This document shows, in pieces, positions 50,110-60,170 of a stretch of DNA of 64,000 nt. The stretch lies in the IMG/VR virus record IMGVR_UViG_3300044557_000292, positions 160,001 to 224,000 of that record. One strand, given 5' to 3'. A program made the position numbers and the translations under genes. Position 1 is the first letter of the stretch; each line of letters begins with the position of its first letter. The notes below the pieces were generated by a model. The model saw only the letters and a list, made by a program, of their open reading frames with translations. It was not told the origin of the DNA and did not search any database. This stretch comes from a virus (Duplodnaviria > Heunggongvirae > Uroviricota > Caudoviricetes).

Positions 50110-52278
50110 TCAGTCAACCCAGTCGTCCCAATCGTCATCTTGAGCACTCTGGTCTTCATAATCGCTTGGATCATAGTACGGAGCATCGTCATCGCACTCC
50201 GGGCCGCTGACAGTCCCCATTACCGGCTCATTGGGATCCACAAGATCATAGGCGTCATCATCCATCCTACTCTTCTTGAATGACTCAAGGTTGATGGCGT
50301 AATTCTCATCATTTGAGCTATTGCCCTCATTGGAATCAAGATCATGGTCAATACCATTAACGTCAAGATAATCAGATCCTAGTGTCCTCGTCTTCTCCGC
50401 GTACCCATTCCTCTCGGAGATCTCCTCGACCAGTGCGGTAGCCTTCTCAAGATTCCTCTCGTATCTTGAGTTGATCTTCTCCATTCCCCTTCGAATGATC
50501 TCATCATATGTCCTCATGATGGTTGGATTATCAGATTGCCCCGCGTCAATGTTGCTAGCAATGAGTGACTGTTCTCTCTGATGCTTCCTATCCTTCAACA
50601 GTGCTTCAACCTGCTGTTTGGCGAGTTGAGCTGGGTTCATGAGGACGGGTGCCGCCCGTTCAAGATCATGCAGTTGATTGATGATGCGGTCAAGGCGCTC
50701 AAGATACGCCCTCCTGTCATCGTCAAAAGACTCCGGGATGAGAATCTCGTCACCAGCGTCTAGGATGATCTCCCTCATCTCCTCATCCATACCGCTCATT
50801 CGGACCATTGACAGGATTGGACGCAGTCCGGGGTTATCAAGCACATTAGCAAGTAGCGCCGCCGCCGTTGGGCTCGTTGAGAGATCCGGGTTACCAATGA
50901 TACTGTCGACCATGATGTCCCCATGATCGTCCACTCCTGAATCGTTTGACCGGCTAATTGGACCGAGTTGCTGTACTAGCGTCGAGTATGAGGATCCTGA
51001 GAGCAGGGCTGCTAATCTCGCGGCTGACTCACTGATGGATGGATCGGTGAGATGAGACCAGATCTTATCCTTGAACTCCGCTAGGAACGCTTGTCTTTGA
51101 TCTGGTTTGGAGAGGTCGTATCGGCCGGCGAGATGCTCGACCACATGCCTCCATAACTCCACGTAGCTAGAAGCCTGAGCCCTAAGAGCCTCAGCTCCAT
51201 CATCGTGGTACATGTCGGATGGGTCTTTACCGCTAGTGATGCTTGCGTATGCTTGAGATTGCGCGGGACCGAGCACGGCGAGTGTTCTCGCGGCTGCCTT
51301 CTGCCCGGCCTCGTCAGCATCAAACATGAAGACGATCTTCCCCTCGGGTCCTACCATCCTCCTCATCGACTGGACCTGCTGATCTCCAAGAGCGGTACCA
51401 GATGATGCCACCGTGTTCTCGTACCCAGCGTGCTGCATGGCAATCACGTCGAATTGCCCCTCAACCACGAAGAGCTGATGATCCCTATGGGCTTGCTCCC
51501 TGGCAATGCTCTGGCAGAAGAGGAGATCCCTCTTCCTGTAAACGTCGCTCTCCCTGCTATTCACGTACTTTCGCTCTATCTTGTCACCATCATGATAGAA
51601 CACCTGGCGGCCAACGAATCCCAGTGGCTTGCCAAGCACATCGCAGATAGGGAACATGAGTCTCCCACGCCAGGGGCAATAGTATGATTCACCATCCTTG
51701 GACTCATAGATGACGCCGGCCGTCATCATATCGCTGGTATCATACCCATTGCTCTTAAGATACCTGAGCAATAGCTGCCCGTTCTCAGGTGCCCATCCGA
51801 ACAAGTCGTGATTATCAGAGGCATCAGAACTGATACCGCGCTTCCCCCTGATCTCATGGGCTTTGACGATATGATCTTCGGGGAGCTCATCATACCTCGC
51901 CCTGAACCACTCCCACGTCTTGGATATGATTTCCATGAGGAGGGCTCGCTTGTTGCTCTTCTCGACGTCCTCATTAGATGACGACAGCTCTATTCCAATC
52001 TCATCAGCCATCTGCCGTATTGAGTCTGGGAAGGAGAGCCCCTCCTTATCCATGAGGTAGGTGAACACGTCACCGCTCTTGCCGCAACCGTAGCACTTCC
52101 AGTTATTCCTAGTCTCGCTGATAGTGAATGACGGGGTCTTCTCAGAGTGGAATGGACAGAGGGTCACATAGCGAGATGCTCCTGATGGCTTGAGATCATA
52201 GCCCTTCCTCGTAAAGAAGTCAACAAGATTCGTCTTCTGCTTAATGATCTTCTTAGCCTCATCGAAACTTACCCTCAT
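50110..52278 (-). CDS. dnaG: DNA primase DnaG
   Basis: CPFHSEKTPSF..CYGCG zinc finger, RGRLMFPI, KYVNS, TOPRIM VEGQFDV and FDADEAG, KDPSD. Start revised to ATG 52278 (GGGAGA RBS). Confidence 0.95.
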   Translation of the reverse strand: MRVSFDEAKKIIKQKTNLVDFFTRKGYDLKPSGASRYVTLCPFHSEKTPSFTISETRNNWKCYGCGKSGDVFTYLMDKEGLSFPDSIRQMADEIGIELSSSNEDVEKSNKRALLMEIISKTWEWFRARYDELPEDHIVKAHEIRGKRGISSDASDNHDLFGWAPENGQLLLRYLKSNGYDTSDMMTAGVIYESKDGESYYCPWRGRLMFPICDVLGKPLGFVGRQVFYHDGDKIERKYVNSRESDVYRKRDLLFCQSIAREQAHRDHQLFVVEGQFDVIAMQHAGYENTVASSGTALGDQQVQSMRRMVGPEGKIVFMFDADEAGQKAAARTLAVLGPAQSQAYASITSGKDPSDMYHDDGAEALRAQASSYVELWRHVVEHLAGRYDLSKPDQRQAFLAEFKDKIWSHLTDPSISESAARLAALLSGSSYSTLVQQLGPISRSNDSGVDDHGDIMVDSIIGNPDLSTSPTAAALLANVLDNPGLRPILSMVRMSGMDEEMREIILDAGDEILIPESFDDDRRAYLERLDRIINQLHDLERAAPVLMNPAQLAKQQVEALLKDRKHQREQSLIASNIDAGQSDNPTIMRTYDEIIRRGMEKINSRYERNLEKATALVEEISERNGYAEKTRTLGSDYLDVNGIDHDLDSNEGNSSNDENYAINLESFKKSRMDDDAYDLVDPNEPVMGTVSGPECDDDAPYYDPSDYEDQSAQDDDWDDWVD

Positions 52279-52446
52279 ATGGTCTAATCTCCCGACGTTA
52301 AAATTGATTGCATGTTCATGGTACCGCATCTTGACGAGGAATGCAACGAGCCCGTTGTCTCAATCATGGAATCAACGGGCTCGAGAATGGTTACAGAATA
52401 AGTACGGTAACTATAAGTTGATGATTGATGGAATCACCAGATATGA

Positions 52447-53607
52447 TCACTGATCATCAGCATCATCAATGGGGTTCACGTCATCACTCGTAGTACCCGA
52501 GTCCACGTCCTCGTCATCTTCCAGATCATCGTCCTCATCGAAGTCTTGAGCTTCCTCCATCTTCTGGAGTACGATCGGGTAATAGTGTTCTAGCAGTCCA
52601 GACTTCTTATCCTGTAGAGCGGCAATGAGGGTGTCCGTCTTCGTGACCTTCCCATCATTCCACATGATCTGTACTCCGTCGCCGCCCTCGGTAAGGTCCT
52701 TGGAGCACGTAGAGTTAAAGACCCCATACCTCTTACCAAACGTGACCACGTCTGTTGCAGAGTCATATCCGGTCTTCCAATAGAACTTTGACTCCGTGCT
52801 CAGGAATGGTGTGCTCACCTTATTCTTCTTGCAACGGAAGAACACGGCCTGTCCGATCGGACGATCACCCTTCATGATCTGCTTGCCCTTGCTGATCCTC
52901 ACCCTTATCGATGAATAGAACTTGAGAGCACGACCCCCAGGAGTCGTCTCGGGGTTGCCGTACCCGCCTATAGCGTCACGCACCTGATTGATGAAGATGA
53001 CAGCAGTTCCAGTGTTACTAGCCATGGTCGCGATCTTAGCCAGCTCTTTGCTCATGAGCCTGGCAACCAGTCCTATCGTTTGATCCTGCGGTTCGCCCTC
53101 CATGACGGCGGCGGGTACGAGAGACGCGATGGAATCAAGCACGATCACGTCAACAGCACCAGAACGGAGGTACATCTCGATGATACCGAGCGCTTGTTCA
53201 GCATTATCGGGCTGTGAGAAGAGGAGCTTGTCAATATTAACTCCGAGTCGATGGGCTTGTTTAGGATCAAGCGCGTGTTCAACATCAATGAAGGCAGCTA
53301 TCTTTCCATTCTTCTGAGCGTTTCCAACGGTCTGGAGAGCAGCCGACGTCTTACCAGACCCCTCAGGACCGAAGAACTCGTGAATACGTCCATCGGCTAC
53401 TCCACCGCCTAGAGCATAGTCAAGCGCAAGTGACCCCGTGCTTGTGCGGTGGACCTCCACCTTAGGATTACTGCCCAGAACGTATGCTGACATGGCACCG
53501 AACTTATCGTTGATAGCATCGGTCACCCTCTTAAGAGCTTTCAGCTTGTCCTCAGGTGTGGTTTGAAGAACGGCGGAATCAGCCGCGGACTTCTTAGATC
53601 TTGCCAT
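52447..53607 (-). CDS. recA: Recombinase RecA (divergent, acidic tail)
   Basis: STGSLALDYALG, GPEGSGKT, FIDVEHALDP, SQPDNAEQAL, FINQVR, ETTPGGRALKFYSSIR, KNKV. Confidence 0.97.
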   Translation of the reverse strand: MARSKKSAADSAVLQTTPEDKLKALKRVTDAINDKFGAMSAYVLGSNPKVEVHRTSTGSLALDYALGGGVADGRIHEFFGPEGSGKTSAALQTVGNAQKNGKIAAFIDVEHALDPKQAHRLGVNIDKLLFSQPDNAEQALGIIEMYLRSGAVDVIVLDSIASLVPAAVMEGEPQDQTIGLVARLMSKELAKIATMASNTGTAVIFINQVRDAIGGYGNPETTPGGRALKFYSSIRVRISKGKQIMKGDRPIGQAVFFRCKKNKVSTPFLSTESKFYWKTGYDSATDVVTFGKRYGVFNSTCSKDLTEGGDGVQIMWNDGKVTKTDTLIAALQDKKSGLLEHYYPIVLQKMEEAQDFDEDDDLEDDEDVDSGTTSDDVNPIDDADDQ

Positions 53608-53698
53608 AATGACCTCCCAGTCATAACTTCTCTCATACTTCGTTTAACGTACATCACTTATGTGATTGACGTGGATTATGGTACCAATCTGCATGGTA

Positions 53699-53725
53699 AA
53701 GGCCCCACCATATTGGTGGGGCCTT
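53699..53725. terminator. 12-bp hairpin between ORF 53799..54161 and the recA promoter
   Basis: AAGGCCCCACCA-tat-TGGTGGGGCCTT. Confidence 0.7.
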
Positions 53726-53798
53726 ATTTAATATAGCTCATTAGAATATTGAGATCACAACGTTCTTATCGTGGACTCAATGATTTAGCATTATGGAA

Positions 53799-54161
53799 TC
53801 ACTTTGAAGAGGCGGCCGTAGAATCATGATCGTCAGCCGGGGTATCAATGGAGTCTGTCTTATCTTCCGACACAGCCTCATCAAACCCCTTCTTGACCTC
53901 GTTAAACTTGTTCTTAACAGTCCCAGCGGCCTTCCTAATGGCTTCGGACGCGGCGTCCGCGGGATCAGCAGTCTTGTCCTCACTACCGGCAGCCTTCCAC
54001 CCCTCAGCGGCCGATCCTGCTAACTCCCTCATCGCGTCGCCGGCCTTCTTGAGATTCTCTGGCCTCACGATCGATACGCCAGTGTCAACGACCCTGCGGG
54101 TGAGTCTACCCGTACTATTTGCCAGCTTGGACGCCAGTTTACCGTAATCAATGTTACTCAT
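53799..54161 (-). CDS. Small hydrophilic hypothetical protein
   Basis: 120 aa; GGAGG RBS; ATATCTTA motif upstream. Confidence 0.65.
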   Translation of the reverse strand: MSNIDYGKLASKLANSTGRLTRRVVDTGVSIVRPENLKKAGDAMRELAGSAAEGWKAAGSEDKTADPADAASEAIRKAAGTVKNKFNEVKKGFDEAVSEDKTDSIDTPADDHDSTAASSK

Positions 54162-54231
54162 ATTTTCTCCCTCCGTGTTATTCTTGTTATTAAACCGTTT
54201 TTGTAATGGTTAAGATATATGCAAGCAGAAA

Positions 54232-55611
54232 CTATTCCTCACTATGATAAGCTTTCGAGGCCATGTCATCAAAGTCTTTCACGGCCTTATCGTCATCCTG
54301 TCCCTCGTTGAGGAGGGCTTTAACGAGCTCTTCATCCCTCAGCATGTCAGAATCCTGAATTTTATCATTTGCCGCCTGTACGGCCTTCTCAAGCGCAAGT
54401 CTTGACTCACGACCCCTCTTTATAGCATTCACGATACTCACATTGCCAGCAATCACGTTGTCAGACAGCTTGGAAATGGCGTCAGCGGACACAATGGGTT
54501 GTTGAGCCTTCTCCTCAATCCCTGGAAGAGTCTTAGAGGTGAAGTCGCCCATGATCTTCAGGGCGTGCTCGTTCGCATTTTTGAGAGACTCGGCCGTACT
54601 AGATGCGTCCTTGAGCGTGGTGGCGTACCCGATCTGCGCGATTGATTGCTTAATTACTGGGATCGTGTACGTGTGAACCATGCTGAGGTTACGGATGACC
54701 GTTGCAGATGTATGCATGAAGTTACGAACCTGGCTGTTCGTCGCTCTCGCGATGGCCAGTCGACTCATGTAATTAGAATGCTGCTGCTCGACAGCATTAC
54801 TCACCTCAGCAATACGATTAAACTTGTCCTGAACGTCCTGCCATTTCGGTGAATCTTTGTCGATCAGGGCGAGGGCGTGTTCCATATCCCTCGCCCTTAC
54901 TTTGGCAGCAAGATGGATGGATTCGAGAGCAGCAATGACCCCGACCATCTTGTTCATTGATTCCTTATTAGTAATGAGGAGCTGCTTCACGTAGGAAGAT
55001 GACTGTTTGAGTTCTTCACGCTTAGCGATCACCTTGCCGTCAATAATGTCCATCCTGTGGACAAGATTCTGACGATCGAACACCATGTCGTCAAAATTCC
55101 GCTTCTTAGATCTGAACCATACGGTCAGGAAGCTCGGCTTCTTCTCCTCAATCTGATCTTTGTACTTGGCAGAGTAACCATCAAGATCCCTATTCGCCTG
55201 TTCGAGGAGATCGTCAATCTCTGGAATGCGGATGTGCTTCTGAATCTCGAGGAGTCGATCAACAACACTGTTCACTGCTTCCACTGAGCTCTTACCGAAC
55301 TCAACGATCTTGTCGTCGCTGGCAATGAACGAGTCGAACGTCTTATCGGCCTGTTGGTCCAGGGCGATCTTGGTTCCCTTGTCAAGAGCATTATAGAAGG
55401 CCATACTGATATCGGGAACAGACTCGGTCTCAACCTCATTCTTCCCTGCAGCGCCAGATGCCGTCTTCGCGATCTTATCCTTACCGTCTTCATCTGCGGC
55501 CTCTTTAACAAGCCTTTCCTCTTCCTCGCTAAGACCAGACGAGTCTGGAAGAACCGATGAGTCAAAGGACGGTGCGGTCGCAGCGACCACCTGAGCTTTA
55601 GTCATGAGCAC
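54232..55611 (-). CDS. Toxic anion resistance protein TelA/KlaA family
   Basis: KIVEFGKSSVEAVN..IPEIDDLL..ANRDL, TIPVIKQSIAQ, helical bundle; likely start ATG 55605 after AAGGAGA. Confidence 0.8.
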   Translation of the reverse strand: MLMTKAQVVAATAPSFDSSVLPDSSGLSEEEERLVKEAADEDGKDKIAKTASGAAGKNEVETESVPDISMAFYNALDKGTKIALDQQADKTFDSFIASDDKIVEFGKSSVEAVNSVVDRLLEIQKHIRIPEIDDLLEQANRDLDGYSAKYKDQIEEKKPSFLTVWFRSKKRNFDDMVFDRQNLVHRMDIIDGKVIAKREELKQSSSYVKQLLITNKESMNKMVGVIAALESIHLAAKVRARDMEHALALIDKDSPKWQDVQDKFNRIAEVSNAVEQQHSNYMSRLAIARATNSQVRNFMHTSATVIRNLSMVHTYTIPVIKQSIAQIGYATTLKDASSTAESLKNANEHALKIMGDFTSKTLPGIEEKAQQPIVSADAISKLSDNVIAGNVSIVNAIKRGRESRLALEKAVQAANDKIQDSDMLRDEELVKALLNEGQDDDKAVKDFDDMASKAYHSEE

Positions 55612-55769
55612 GTCTCCTTATCTCTTTCACCATGCTTGTAATGGTTGTTAATAGTACCTTTAATGATCATGATAACATGACTGCATAAGGAAAGCAATGC
55701 CAGCATTGGAATTCACGTGGCCAGACGGTCACCCCGCCCTATCTGATAGCCAGTGATTCTAGAAGGAAA

Positions 55770-56516
55770 CTAGAACCATACGATCTTTGGCCTGTCATCG
55801 TCAATGATGATGTCTTCAAAGTCTTCATCAATAAGACCATTGTTAGCATCCTTGACGGTCTTCCTCAACCTATTCTTAATGGAAGATCTTGAGGGATAGT
55901 ACTTCTCAACATCGCGGTAATGACGTTTGATCATGTGACGGTAATGCTTGTCATGGGTGGATGCAAGATAGGAATTAACGTCTGGCATTGTATTATCAGC
56001 ATGATTGGTAATGACGTTAATGATGACTGTTATGATAGCAACCTTCTTGCAGTTTGACAGGTTGCGATTAATGTCTAGTGAAGACGCTTTCGGAAGATGA
56101 TGTTCGTTAATGATATTAATAATAGGCTTGACCGCGTACATTAGTGATGGTCTTCCGGTATCATACCCAACCCATGATCTTGTGTAGATTGATTCTTGGG
56201 TTATGATCTTATTGTCTGAATCTGGTGTATCGAATTTGGAATCATTGGGAACATTCCTCTCGACGGTCACGTCTATACCATCAGTATGAATTCCATCAAC
56301 TAGGTCAATGGGTATGGTCTTACCCCATTCAACCCAATCATGGATGAGCGCTTCATTCTTGTCCTCCACGGCGATGATAAAGGACACGAAGGTCTTACTC
56401 CCAAACACTCTCCTAGACCAATTGAGTCTGATCTCCCCGTTATGATCAGTGAAACCAGAGCGCGTGGCCTTGTCCTTAAGAACGTGATTGGGAATGTCTT
56501 TGATGGTTCTGCTCAC
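55770..56516 (-). CDS. Hypothetical protein
   Basis: 248 aa; AAGGAG RBS; MSRTIKDIP N-terminus. Confidence 0.6.
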   Translation of the reverse strand: MSRTIKDIPNHVLKDKATRSGFTDHNGEIRLNWSRRVFGSKTFVSFIIAVEDKNEALIHDWVEWGKTIPIDLVDGIHTDGIDVTVERNVPNDSKFDTPDSDNKIITQESIYTRSWVGYDTGRPSLMYAVKPIINIINEHHLPKASSLDINRNLSNCKKVAIITVIINVITNHADNTMPDVNSYLASTHDKHYRHMIKRHYRDVEKYYPSRSSIKNRLRKTVKDANNGLIDEDFEDIIIDDDRPKIVWF

Positions 56517-56560
56517 GTCACGCGCTCCTTACTTGCCAGCATTGCTTACGAATCGTTGCA

Positions 56561-57601
56561 TCATAGGGCATTCAAGATGTGATCGACCCCGACCTCAACT
56601 CCACGCTGGGCTGTTGTCGGCATCCAATCCTTACCGCACCCTGCGAGCGTCCAGTTCCTTATGAGCGCATCATCAATAGACTTCAGCTCCTCATCAGATG
56701 GAGGGTTCTTCTTTGATGAGAGGCTGATCTTAAGATTCTCCTTAAGATCATTGATGCCATCAGAGGCGTTCACGATCTTGATTCCAAGCTTCCCGCCGTA
56801 CCCCTTGATTCCAGCGTAATCATCAGCACCGTCCCCGGCGAGCGCGAGCTGCATGCGGACCTTCTCGGGGGGAACGCCCTTCTCCGACAGAACCTCAGCA
56901 CCGTCAACAAGCCTCTCCTCTGATACGGTCTTGCCGTTAACCTTCGAGAGTCTCTTCCTGTACATGATGACCTTGTGGGAGGGGTCATCACTCACGCATT
57001 GCATTAAGTCTTTGTCGACAGTCCAGATGGCCACATCAGTGTCCTCCCCCGTGCTGTGCGAGATGAGGTCAGACGCGTACGATATGATGTCATCGCCCTC
57101 CACGCAGGGATGCTCGACCACAACGACCCCCTGATCTAGGAGGGAATCCCTCCAATGATTCTTCCACAGGCTACGAAGGTGATTCAACTCGGTCACGTCG
57201 GGGTCTTTGTGGTCATCCTTGCGATTAGCCTTGTACGTCTTGAAGAGCTCGTAGCGATTCACCTTAGCGTCATTGATGATTGGCTTGTACCCAGCATCGA
57301 ATGCCATGAACGGGATGACAGAATCGTATCCATCGTCAGCCATCTCCCTCATACGCTTGGATAGCATGTGGTCAAGGAGTGAGGTGCTGAGGCCATCACC
57401 CTCCTCCCTGAACCTCTCCAGGGGTATGAATGATGCGGCACGCCATGCGATGTTATTCCCATCTATTACCAGAATGGCTCTCTTTGACATGCCGGGGATT
57501 CTCCTTTTAATGTTACGATCTATATTGTACATATTACCATTGACAACAAGATATTCGGGAGGGCTGTAGGAAGATGACGGGTAGAGATATTCTCTCATCA
57601 A
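56561..57601 (-). CDS. 5'-3' exonuclease / flap endonuclease (PolA N-terminal type)
   Basis: LVIDGNN, AFDAG, YKANR, EGDDII, TVDKDLMQ, LAGDGADDYAGIKGYG (H3TH). The start may be MSKRA at about 57490. Confidence 0.9.
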   Translation of the reverse strand: MMREYLYPSSSYSPPEYLVVNGNMYNIDRNIKRRIPGMSKRAILVIDGNNIAWRAASFIPLERFREEGDGLSTSLLDHMLSKRMREMADDGYDSVIPFMAFDAGYKPIINDAKVNRYELFKTYKANRKDDHKDPDVTELNHLRSLWKNHWRDSLLDQGVVVVEHPCVEGDDIISYASDLISHSTGEDTDVAIWTVDKDLMQCVSDDPSHKVIMYRKRLSKVNGKTVSEERLVDGAEVLSEKGVPPEKVRMQLALAGDGADDYAGIKGYGGKLGIKIVNASDGINDLKENLKISLSSKKNPPSDEELKSIDDALIRNWTLAGCGKDWMPTTAQRGVEVGVDHILNAL

Positions 57602-57756
57602 TGGGCTTCATGACCGCATAGATTTAAGATCTCGTGATTCTACAGTGGATTAGCACTCGGGAAGTAACGTCATACGCAAAGGAGCTTTTTCGTGGACTTC
57701 CGTTCAGACTATCATCAGAAGCATAGTAGACTGTCGCGTTCTGACAATAATCGAAT

Positions 57757-58725
57757 CTAAGCAGACTTCGGATTGATGAGATGGCCCCTATCATCAATCG
57801 GGAACATCATCTTGTCATCCCCATCACGGGAGTCTAGCCTGGGACGCTTATGCCAGCTGAGATCAACATTCGGGTCATGCATGGATGAGGCTCTTGATTC
57901 CATGCTCGCCCTCTCCATGACCGCTGCTTGATCTGAATCCCATTCTGATATGATCATGGTTCCAGACGTGCCCCTACGAAAGATCCTAAGCTGTCCGGCC
58001 GCGTCATACGGGTCCTCGTCAAGGATCTTCTGCCATGATGACTTCTCGCCTGGATGACCGGGTGACCTCAACGACTCGTATGACAGCCCCTCAATCTTGA
58101 CCATCTTGTCCTTCTTGTTGTCATACCGCCAGACGATAGGCCCATGTCCAAGACCCTTTGGATACCCCTCGCCATTCCATCCAGGATAATGGAATGGCCT
58201 GTGGGCTGGGGCTAGTGGCCGCATCATGTCCCTAAGGGCGTTATAACGTCTTGTCTCCAATCTCCCAGACTTGAACAGGTTGAGGACGTATCGTTCACGA
58301 TCATCACGAGATCCATTGGTCTGCTGGGCTTGCTCATTCCTATTCGCACCTTGCGCTGTATTACGATTCCGCGCATTACTAGCGGATGGGCTGGTAACGC
58401 TATTCCTTAAATCATGATCGTCTGTAGACTTGGTGTGGTGGATACGATGACTCGTAACAGATGAATCTATATTAGAGTTACACCCATGTTGATGCTGGTT
58501 GACCCGATGATTCTGATCTTGATTCCTGTTCCCATCCGATTCACGATTCTCGTTCCTAGCTGGCTCGGGGATTGGCAGCGGTGGATGATCGTCTGCATGA
58601 TTCGAAGGTGTGGTGGAATCATTGCTGTCATCTAGGAATGGTAGTGGTAGTGAGTTATCATTCCCTTGAGATGGCGGAGTAGGTGACTGGCGTCTACGAT
58701 TCGACCTGTTCCTTGGTAGTGCCAT
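57757..58725 (-). CDS. Hypothetical protein, disordered N-terminus
   Basis: 322 aa; TAATG coupling to the upstream ORF. Confidence 0.6.
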   Translation of the reverse strand: MALPRNRSNRRRQSPTPPSQGNDNSLPLPFLDDSNDSTTPSNHADDHPPLPIPEPARNENRESDGNRNQDQNHRVNQHQHGCNSNIDSSVTSHRIHHTKSTDDHDLRNSVTSPSASNARNRNTAQGANRNEQAQQTNGSRDDRERYVLNLFKSGRLETRRYNALRDMMRPLAPAHRPFHYPGWNGEGYPKGLGHGPIVWRYDNKKDKMVKIEGLSYESLRSPGHPGEKSSWQKILDEDPYDAAGQLRIFRRGTSGTMIISEWDSDQAAVMERASMESRASSMHDPNVDLSWHKRPRLDSRDGDDKMMFPIDDRGHLINPKSA

Positions 58726-59213
58726 TACTTCACCGCGTCCCTGTTAATGAAGAACCCCGGGCTGGTTCTGTTCTCATGATGGTGACGATGCGGAATAGTG
58801 TCTTTCGCCTTTGCTACGGGCTCTTCCTTCAATTCTGATAATAGCTCATCAGCTATCCATTCTGGAGGAACGTGCTCCTCCCTAGACTGGGCTAGTATCG
58901 TGTTGAGGATTCCACTATTGAATGACAGGTCTGCAGTACCGCAGTACTCGACGAGATTCAGAGCTTGCTGCCATTGATCCCTCGGTACTAGTGACAGGAA
59001 GCGTAGTACCTCCTGCTTCTGCATCCATCCCACCGACTGATCAACAAGCGTGAACGCCTTACCCCTAGACCATGAGTCAAGATCCCTGAATGACTGGGCG
59101 TGATCAATAATAGCCTGCTCATCACCATTGATCGTATTGAACGTGGATTCTCTTCCTGTTCTAATAGCTTCAAGAAGACGTTCAGATCTGCCGTCAATGC
59201 TCTTACCATTCAT
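58725..59213 (-). CDS. Hypothetical protein
   Basis: 162 aa; GGAGGTGA RBS. Confidence 0.65.
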   Translation of the reverse strand: MNGKSIDGRSERLLEAIRTGRESTFNTINGDEQAIIDHAQSFRDLDSWSRGKAFTLVDQSVGWMQKQEVLRFLSLVPRDQWQQALNLVEYCGTADLSFNSGILNTILAQSREEHVPPEWIADELLSELKEEPVAKAKDTIPHRHHHENRTSPGFFINRDAVK

Positions 59214-59275
59214 TCAGTATCACCTCCGGGGCTCATTGTCTAGTTCATCGTTCATGCTTAATTTACTGATTCGGT

Positions 59276-60121
59276 TTAGGATAGGATCATTACTCCATTG
59301 GTCAACAGTATTGATGATGGTGACGTGACCACACCGTACGTGAGCAAGATGAGGAACACGGTGAACGTGATCATGATGAACGGTCCCATTGGAGACCCCG
59401 TCTTCATGATCCTCTTGAATACGGGAACATTTCTGTCACTCCGCGTGGTTCTCCCACCCGGTCCAACAGCTACGATGATCGCGTTCAAGATAGCTAGAAT
59501 TGACGCTATGATAGCAGGCCATATTGACGCGGTTGATAGGAATGGTATGGCGCCGGCCGCAACCATCGCGTACATTCTCCCATCAGCCATCCCAGATCCA
59601 GGAACAGTTCCCAGTAGCCAGGCCATGATGCTAACGATCACGACGGACAGTGGCACCCACGACATCATGGCTGTACCGGCCGTGAGGGCGATGGAAGCGG
59701 CGATCATGATGATCATGTGCGCGACGCCAACCCATCGAGGTATCTTGTGGAATCTCCAGTCAAGTGATGTAGACCATACGAGATGGAATCCGTACGTGGA
59801 AGCCACAATGAGGAATAGTGCCCATACTCTGCCATCACTGTTCCATACGATACGGGAGAGCGGGCTGAATAGTACTAGAACGCTTGATGCGATGGACGAT
59901 AATGCGGCTAGAGCGTTGAATCCAATCCAATGCTCACCGATGGCCGAATCTTCAATCCAATCGAACGATCTCTTCGACTTGACCTCATGACTGTCACCAT
60001 GATCGTCAGTCGTGCTATTAATGAGCGTCCCCAGTTTCAGAAGTGGTAGAGACCATGCTGTTATAGACAGTATGGCCACCGTTGAGACGATGATAATGAT
60101 TCCGTATGTGATCATGTGCAT
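59276..60121 (-). CDS. Prepilin peptidase (A24 family)
   Basis: Polytopic; catalytic-Asp motifs SLDWRFHKIP and GSGMADGR; PMGPF near the C-terminus. Confidence 0.75.
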   Translation of the reverse strand: MHMITYGIIIIVSTVAILSITAWSLPLLKLGTLINSTTDDHGDSHEVKSKRSFDWIEDSAIGEHWIGFNALAALSSIASSVLVLFSPLSRIVWNSDGRVWALFLIVASTYGFHLVWSTSLDWRFHKIPRWVGVAHMIIMIAASIALTAGTAMMSWVPLSVVIVSIMAWLLGTVPGSGMADGRMYAMVAAGAIPFLSTASIWPAIIASILAILNAIIVAVGPGGRTTRSDRNVPVFKRIMKTGSPMGPFIMITFTVFLILLTYGVVTSPSSILLTNGVMILS

Positions 60122-60170
60122 TCCTATTCAGTATGAGCCCGTAAGTTTAGCCTACCTGTCAATAAGATAT

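Noticed and set aside
46280-50110. Recombinase-invertible segment explaining the + strand block
   Set aside because: No matching inverted repeats at the two ends and no recombinase in the window. The 11-bp IR at 50015-50025/50085-50095 is local to one end.
53608-53700. LexA SOS box upstream of recA
   Set aside because: No CGAAC-N4-GTTCG match; only a short ATCAC-N4-GTGAT palindrome of unknown meaning.
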